From contig JBHLLU010000098.1 of the NCBI GenBank assembly GCA_048938895.1, positions 1 through 10,735 on the forward strand: DNA of 10,735 nucleotides, written 5' to 3'. The position numbers and the translations under genes are program-made. This document shows, one piece after another, positions 6,270 through 10,735 of this stretch (its first letter is position 1; the number at the start of each line of letters is the position of its first letter). Origin of the DNA: Promethearchaeota archaeon (GTDB lineage Archaea > Asgardarchaeota > Lokiarchaeia > Sigyniarchaeales > SOKP01). The notes under the pieces were generated by a model. That model saw nothing but the letters and a program-made list of their open reading frames with translations. It searched no databases and was not told where the DNA came from.

Positions 6270-7943
6270 TTAATCTCTCATCTCTTTAGGAAGAGTTAAG
6301 ACTCCCGTAAGAGGATTATTTATAGGATCTTGACAATATTGAATCGTGAAATAGATCAGGTCGTAAAGAATGCTTGGGTCCTCTCCATTATCAAGCTTAT
6401 ATTTATAAAGGCTTAGTTGGTATTCAGCTTCGGTTATTGGGGGTTCCGCGTAACTCACACTACCAAATACAGATTGTAATAAGGGTTTCATGAATGGACT
6501 ATACAAAAAACCTAACTCTTTCAATTCGTCTTTTAAATAAAAGAACATACGTTGAACCGCTTGCATCATGTATCGTACCGGTTTACCTTCTGGACCTAGA
6601 TACTGTTCTGCAAAATTGGCGTCATATTGAGCAAGGCCTTCACGACTAAGATTCGGGGAAACTCGGAAAAGAGATATTAGTCCACGCTCAATTGCCCCTT
6701 GTCGGTTCATTGTGATTGTTTCTGATCCAGCATCAGGAACCCACACACCTTTTTGAAGTAATTTTTTTGCTTTATAACAAAGAGTTTCAATTAAAAGTGC
6801 GATACCGATTCTTCGGCATATAGAAATTTGTGCATCGCTAATCCTGACTTCAATGGTTCCCCAATCTGTTACTGGGAAAATATCCTGGAATCTTGCATCT
6901 TCAAGACTAGCCTTTTGCACAGTCTGGAGCAAAAAATTAATAGAATTTTCACTAAGGTCGGTTAAATAAGGAATATAATGCTTGGGGTCATTATTACTCA
7001 ACATGGTAGTATTACTTTTTAGTCTTAAAGATCGAACACAGTTTGGTGCGGTTATCCTGTTGTTTATTATTTTTACTACATCTGTCGGTTTGTTATTCAT
7101 AATGGGTGAATTGCAAGTAAGAGCTATAAGATGAGGGATAAAATTTCGGATCATGCAATAACTTTGCACTCTCTCCAATTCTGATTCAAAAGAGCCTATG
7201 TGACTGTGGTCCGCCTGGGAAACACCTCTCATATATTCTTTCGTGGCGGGATTTATTGCAGACGCAATTATATGAAGATCTTTTGGTAAAGTTGCTTTTG
7301 CTAATAAAAACAGGGTACTTGCCCAGAATGCTAATTCTTCTACATAAACACAAGGGGGTGTAACTAATTCTAATATATAAGTAATGGCTGTTACATTTCC
7401 GTCTCGTGCAAATGTATCAATATCAACAGAGCTGTCTCCTAGAGCATAGCGAATATCCATAGCATATCCCTTTTCAAGGTCATCAACTCCCCACGGTCTA
7501 GCTAGAACTTTTTGTCTTATATAATCTGGTACTGGGAGGAAGTCACTCCTTCCTTCATATAAGATCTCATCCATGATTTTAATAGCATCTTTCACGATTT
7601 CCTTCATCCTAAAGACCATCTCATCTCCTGGAGGATATTCTCCATTATCATCCGCTATAATTAACTCCATTTCAATACCATGAGTATAAGGTAACGGTGT
7701 CCAATGTTGCACATCGGCTAACATTTCAGCCCATGGTCTTTCTGGTATATGAACTTCTCTATAGTCCGTCCCAAGAAACAGTTTGTCAGCAGATCTGTCA
7801 ATTCTTTGACCCAAAGATACACCAGCAGCTGCAGTTGCTTTCGATTTACTTTTTCCTTTTTGAGACATAAGATCTGAAAAAGCACTACTCTGATGTTCTT
7901 GTTTCTTCTGCTTTTTTTCTTTTTTTTTCTTATCTTTTGCCAT
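6270..7943 (-). CDS. Glutamate--cysteine ligase family 2 (GCS2/YbdK-like) ATP-dependent carboxylate-amine ligase, divergent
   Basis: Motifs in canonical order: THGIEMEL (ExE), LELVTPP, HSHIG (HxH), LIALTCNSP, SLR and DIFP..WGTIEVRISD. There is an N-terminal extension of about 85 aa starting with a Lys-rich tract. The substrate is unknown. Confidence 0.88.
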   Translation of the reverse strand: MAKDKKKKEKKQKKQEHQSSAFSDLMSQKGKSKSKATAAAGVSLGQRIDRSADKLFLGTDYREVHIPERPWAEMLADVQHWTPLPYTHGIEMELIIADDNGEYPPGDEMVFRMKEIVKDAIKIMDEILYEGRSDFLPVPDYIRQKVLARPWGVDDLEKGYAMDIRYALGDSSVDIDTFARDGNVTAITYILELVTPPCVYVEELAFWASTLFLLAKATLPKDLHIIASAINPATKEYMRGVSQADHSHIGSFESELERVQSYCMIRNFIPHLIALTCNSPIMNNKPTDVVKIINNRITAPNCVRSLRLKSNTTMLSNNDPKHYIPYLTDLSENSINFLLQTVQKASLEDARFQDIFPVTDWGTIEVRISDAQISICRRIGIALLIETLCYKAKKLLQKGVWVPDAGSETITMNRQGAIERGLISLFRVSPNLSREGLAQYDANFAEQYLGPEGKPVRYMMQAVQRMFFYLKDELKELGFLYSPFMKPLLQSVFGSVSYAEPPITEAEYQLSLYKYKLDNGEDPSILYDLIYFTIQYCQDPINNPLTGVLTLPKEMRD

Positions 7944-8010
7944 TAAGGTTTTTCCCCTGTTTTTCCATTTTTATACTAAATATATACAAAATTTTCATTA
8001 TATAATTTTG
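7944..8010 (-). promoter_or_regulatory. Possible internal promoter and purine-rich RBS for the ligase gene
   Basis: The minus strand has AAAATTATATAA and TATATATTTA TATA-like boxes, and AGGGGA about 10 nt before the ATG. Confidence 0.3.
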
Positions 8011-8026
8011 GTTAATTTCTTAATTT

Positions 8027-9799
8027 TTAACATAATGATTGAATAAATGCTACAAGCAAATTATAATCATTAATAAATTCATAGGATAAAATGAGGTTAA
8101 TAATTTCTCCTTTATTTGGGGGTACAATTTCTTTAAGATCATCGTAAATTTTACCCCCTTTAAACATGGAATCATCTATTATAAGATTTATTGATCCACT
8201 AAGCCTTTCAATTTTAGATTTTACCGTATTGTTTAATTGAGATTCAGAGGATATAATAACCGTCGGTTTCCCTAAATAAGGAATAAAATCAAGGTTAAAT
8301 ATAAGTAATTGGGAATGAGTACTCGAAAAATTATCAAAAAGTTGACCTAAAGTCTTCTGTAATACCCTTAATTCATCATTTTGGAAATTTTTGATTGAAG
8401 GAAATATGTAATATCCCATTGATTTGTTAGAATTAAACTTTAAATCATTATACACACGATCTATAATTGGAAAAATACTAAAATTAAAGCTAAATAATGA
8501 AAGAATGATAATTGGGAAATTGTAATCACGAGATAGAATATTGTTACTTACATTCCCCCCTATACTGCTAAAACTTTTTATCTCGTTATTTATATTTGAG
8601 GTGTAAGTATTAAGTAAAAAAAATTGAGAAAAGACGAGCTCAGATTCCAATTTTGTTCTTATCTCTTCTACAAGTTCATAGATATCATCAAATAATTCTT
8701 TTGATACGTTCTCTTTGACCATCTGGTTTTCTATTCCTTCAATTATGCTATTCGCACTTGCAGGAGTATCAATTTCAGCAATACCAAATATAGCATTTTT
8801 AAGAGAATCATTGAAAGATTTTTGGACTTTTTTATCTTCACTAATGATTTCTATTGAATTGAGGATTATGTCGACCAATTTTTCAAAAACAGTAAATGAT
8901 TCGGAAGTTTTATTATTATCAATTAACTTTTTAGCTGTATTAAACAGTAACTTAAGTTTCATTGAGTTATTAGCAATATTATCGATTAGATTTAAGGCTT
9001 GAATAGGATTTTGAGAAATTTGGTCATAAACTAAGGAATAAAGTAAGCTTTCTTTAAGATTTAAGTCATTTAAGCCATTTACGATTTGGATTGCTTGATT
9101 TATATTATCTAATGCATAAGTTCTTATTATATTAGTATAAAAATTAATCCGATCGTTTGAATCTGATAATTCTAAAGCTGTTCCTAGTGCATTGTTAAGG
9201 TTCTTATTTGAAAGATAACCTTTAGCTAATTCCTTTATAGTCTTATCAATAACTTCAATTGTGACCTTTGAAAATGCTCCGGAACTGGTTGAATTAGATG
9301 ATAATGATGAATCATAATTCTTCTTCATTTTGTTTAATTGTTCTTCGACTTTTTGTATCTCTGAAAGCGACATTTCTTGAAGATAATCTTTTGGATTTAT
9401 CGTTTCAATTTTTTCTGTTCCCTTGAATTTATATCCTTCCAAAATCTTGTTTAACTTGGTCTTAGGTACTACTTCTCTAATCTTCTGAATTTTAACGGTA
9501 TACTCAACAACTTTTAACCAATAACTATTTATAGTTAGCTTTCCATAACCACTAGCAGTTGGGTTTAACCTTATATCGAAATTTTTAGTTTCCTTAGGAG
9601 CAAATTCAATCTTTTCCTTCAATTCTCCTGTAATATCAGTGATATCGAGATTCTCTCCTTCAAAAACAATGCTAAAGTTCTCCTTTTTCTCTGAATTATT
9701 AGTTGCTTGGATTGAAACATCATTATCCATGCCAGGAATCAATAGGTTCTGAGGAAACTTCGTAATATTTAATGAGACAATATTAGATAAATTTGACAT
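8027..9799 (-). CDS. Hypothetical multidomain protein: Ig-like beta-sandwich, TPR-like alpha-solenoid, C-terminal alpha/beta domain
   Basis: aa ~5-100 show alternating strands typical of Ig-like/CARDB-type folds (VSIQATNNS...IEFAPKETKNFDIRLNP..GYGKLTI). aa ~180-375 are helix-pair repeats (ALELSDSNDRINFY / IVNGLNDLNLKESLL / LIDNIANNSMKLKLL / IIEGIENQMVKENV). aa ~425-590 are alpha/beta. No signal peptide or clear TM helix was seen. Confidence 0.8.
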   Translation of the reverse strand: MSNLSNIVSLNITKFPQNLLIPGMDNDVSIQATNNSEKKENFSIVFEGENLDITDITGELKEKIEFAPKETKNFDIRLNPTASGYGKLTINSYWLKVVEYTVKIQKIREVVPKTKLNKILEGYKFKGTEKIETINPKDYLQEMSLSEIQKVEEQLNKMKKNYDSSLSSNSTSSGAFSKVTIEVIDKTIKELAKGYLSNKNLNNALGTALELSDSNDRINFYTNIIRTYALDNINQAIQIVNGLNDLNLKESLLYSLVYDQISQNPIQALNLIDNIANNSMKLKLLFNTAKKLIDNNKTSESFTVFEKLVDIILNSIEIISEDKKVQKSFNDSLKNAIFGIAEIDTPASANSIIEGIENQMVKENVSKELFDDIYELVEEIRTKLESELVFSQFFLLNTYTSNINNEIKSFSSIGGNVSNNILSRDYNFPIIILSLFSFNFSIFPIIDRVYNDLKFNSNKSMGYYIFPSIKNFQNDELRVLQKTLGQLFDNFSSTHSQLLIFNLDFIPYLGKPTVIISSESQLNNTVKSKIERLSGSINLIIDDSMFKGGKIYDDLKEIVPPNKGEIINLILSYEFINDYNLLVAFIQSLC

Positions 9800-9901
9800 T
9801 TTAAAAACATATAAAAAAAGACTCTTTTAATAAAGAATGATCTTTCTGATATTTATTTTTAGGTTTAATCTTCTTTAAGAAGGATTAAGATGAAATTTTG
9901 T

Positions 9902-9911
9902 GGTAAAAAAC
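9902..9911 (-). terminator. Possible T6 terminator after uppS
   Basis: The minus strand reads TGA-GTTTTTTACC immediately after the stop. Confidence 0.3.
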
Positions 9912-10649
9912 TCATTTTCCCATACGTCTAGATCGCTTTGAATAATCAAATAAATCTGCGATTACCATTTCTTTATTATAATCGGGCCATAAATCCTTTC
10001 TAAACTTAAACTCAGCATAAGAAGAGTCCCATAGTAAAAAACCTGAAATTCTGGCACCATCGTCCATTCCTGTTCTTATGATGTAATCTAATGGTGGAAA
10101 ATCTTTAGTATACAAATAATTTTTTACTAAATTGGCATCAATATCTTTTGGTTTTATTCCATCATTCACTATATGCCTTACAGCATCAACTATCTCCTCA
10201 TGACCATCATACATGATACAGAGATTTATAAAATTTTGATCATGGTCTTTAGTAAAATCGATTAATTGCTGAATTTTCTCCTTAGCCTTCGGGGGAAGTA
10301 AATTGAATCTCCCTATAACATTAAATCTTACCTTTTCATCTTTTACAATTGATTCATTTATTACAGTATCAACAGCTTTAATCATTATTTCATATATATA
10401 TTCAAGCTCTTCAGGAGTTCTCTTTCTCAGATTTTCAAGCGATAAGATGTAAAGACTTAGATAGTGAATTCCTGCTTCAAAAAAGTCAAATAATCGCTTC
10501 TTCAGGTTCTCATATCCAACTAGATGCCCAAAATTAATGTCTAAATTTCTTTTTTTAGCCCATCTTCTGTTACCATCTACAATCAAACCAATATGCTTAG
10601 GTAACTTACCCATTGCAACTTCTTTTAATTCATCTAATGTAGATACCAT
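9912..10649 (-). CDS. uppS: cis-prenyltransferase (undecaprenyl/polyprenyl diphosphate synthase family)
   Basis: Motifs PKHIGLIVDGNRRWA, GHxxG, SLENxxKR, DYIIRTG..RISGFLLW..YAE, LWPD and a C-terminal RRMG (RxG). Confidence 0.95.
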   Translation of the reverse strand: MVSTLDELKEVAMGKLPKHIGLIVDGNRRWAKKRNLDINFGHLVGYENLKKRLFDFFEAGIHYLSLYILSLENLRKRTPEELEYIYEIMIKAVDTVINESIVKDEKVRFNVIGRFNLLPPKAKEKIQQLIDFTKDHDQNFINLCIMYDGHEEIVDAVRHIVNDGIKPKDIDANLVKNYLYTKDFPPLDYIIRTGMDDGARISGFLLWDSSYAEFKFRKDLWPDYNKEMVIADLFDYSKRSRRMGK

Positions 10650-10735
10650 TTAAACAATTTCAAGGTTATTTAATTTCAATATTAATAATATCATTAAAGA
10701 TATTAATTTATCTAGTTGGATTATATAGTAATCAG

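Noticed and set aside
6270-7860. Higher GC in the ligase gene as a sign of horizontal transfer
   Set aside because: Spot counts show it is GC-richer than its neighbours, but amino-acid composition plausibly explains this, and there are no mobility genes or flanking repeats.
6270-7943. Naming the ligase gshA/ybdK or pafA, and calling a pupylation system
   Set aside because: Motifs support the family only and key substrate residues differ. It lacks the PafA GxHxNY signature, and no small GG[EQ]-ending Pup-like ORF or proteasome genes were seen.
8715-9002. 95-aa hydrophobic plus-strand ORF
   Set aside because: It is antisense to the 590-aa gene, and its hydrophobicity is expected from the reverse complement of Lys/Asn/Glu codons.
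10686-10705. Inverted repeat TAATATC-N6-GATATTA upstream of uppS
   Set aside because: The arms are only 7 bp and almost all A/T in a very AT-rich spacer, so it cannot be distinguished from chance.

Overview
AT-rich archaeal-type window with seven genes, all on the minus strand. In transcription order they are: (1) a cis-prenyltransferase (UppS family); (2) a 590-aa protein with an Ig-like N-terminus, an alpha-helical repeat region and a C-terminal alpha/beta domain resembling a degenerate N-formylglutamate amidohydrolase; (3) a divergent glutamate--cysteine ligase family 2 (GCS2/YbdK-type) carboxylate-amine ligase with a Lys-rich N-terminal tail; (4) an Amidohydro_2-type metallo-hydrolase; (5) a putative longin/uDENN-like domain fused to a long coiled coil; and (6, 7) two tandem paralogous membrane-anchored NosD/PbH1 beta-helix surface proteins. 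The last paralog (1..1547) is absent from the ORF track because it runs off the window, and it appears to start at ATT. The gene styles suggest an Asgard archaeon (Lokiarchaeia-like), which is an inference. The most interesting candidate is a ligase + hydrolase + pseudo-enzyme scaffold + longin/coiled-coil module that could be a reversible amide/isopeptide tagging system. No RNA genes, CRISPR arrays or mobile elements were seen. All domain calls are by-eye motif recognition with no database searches.
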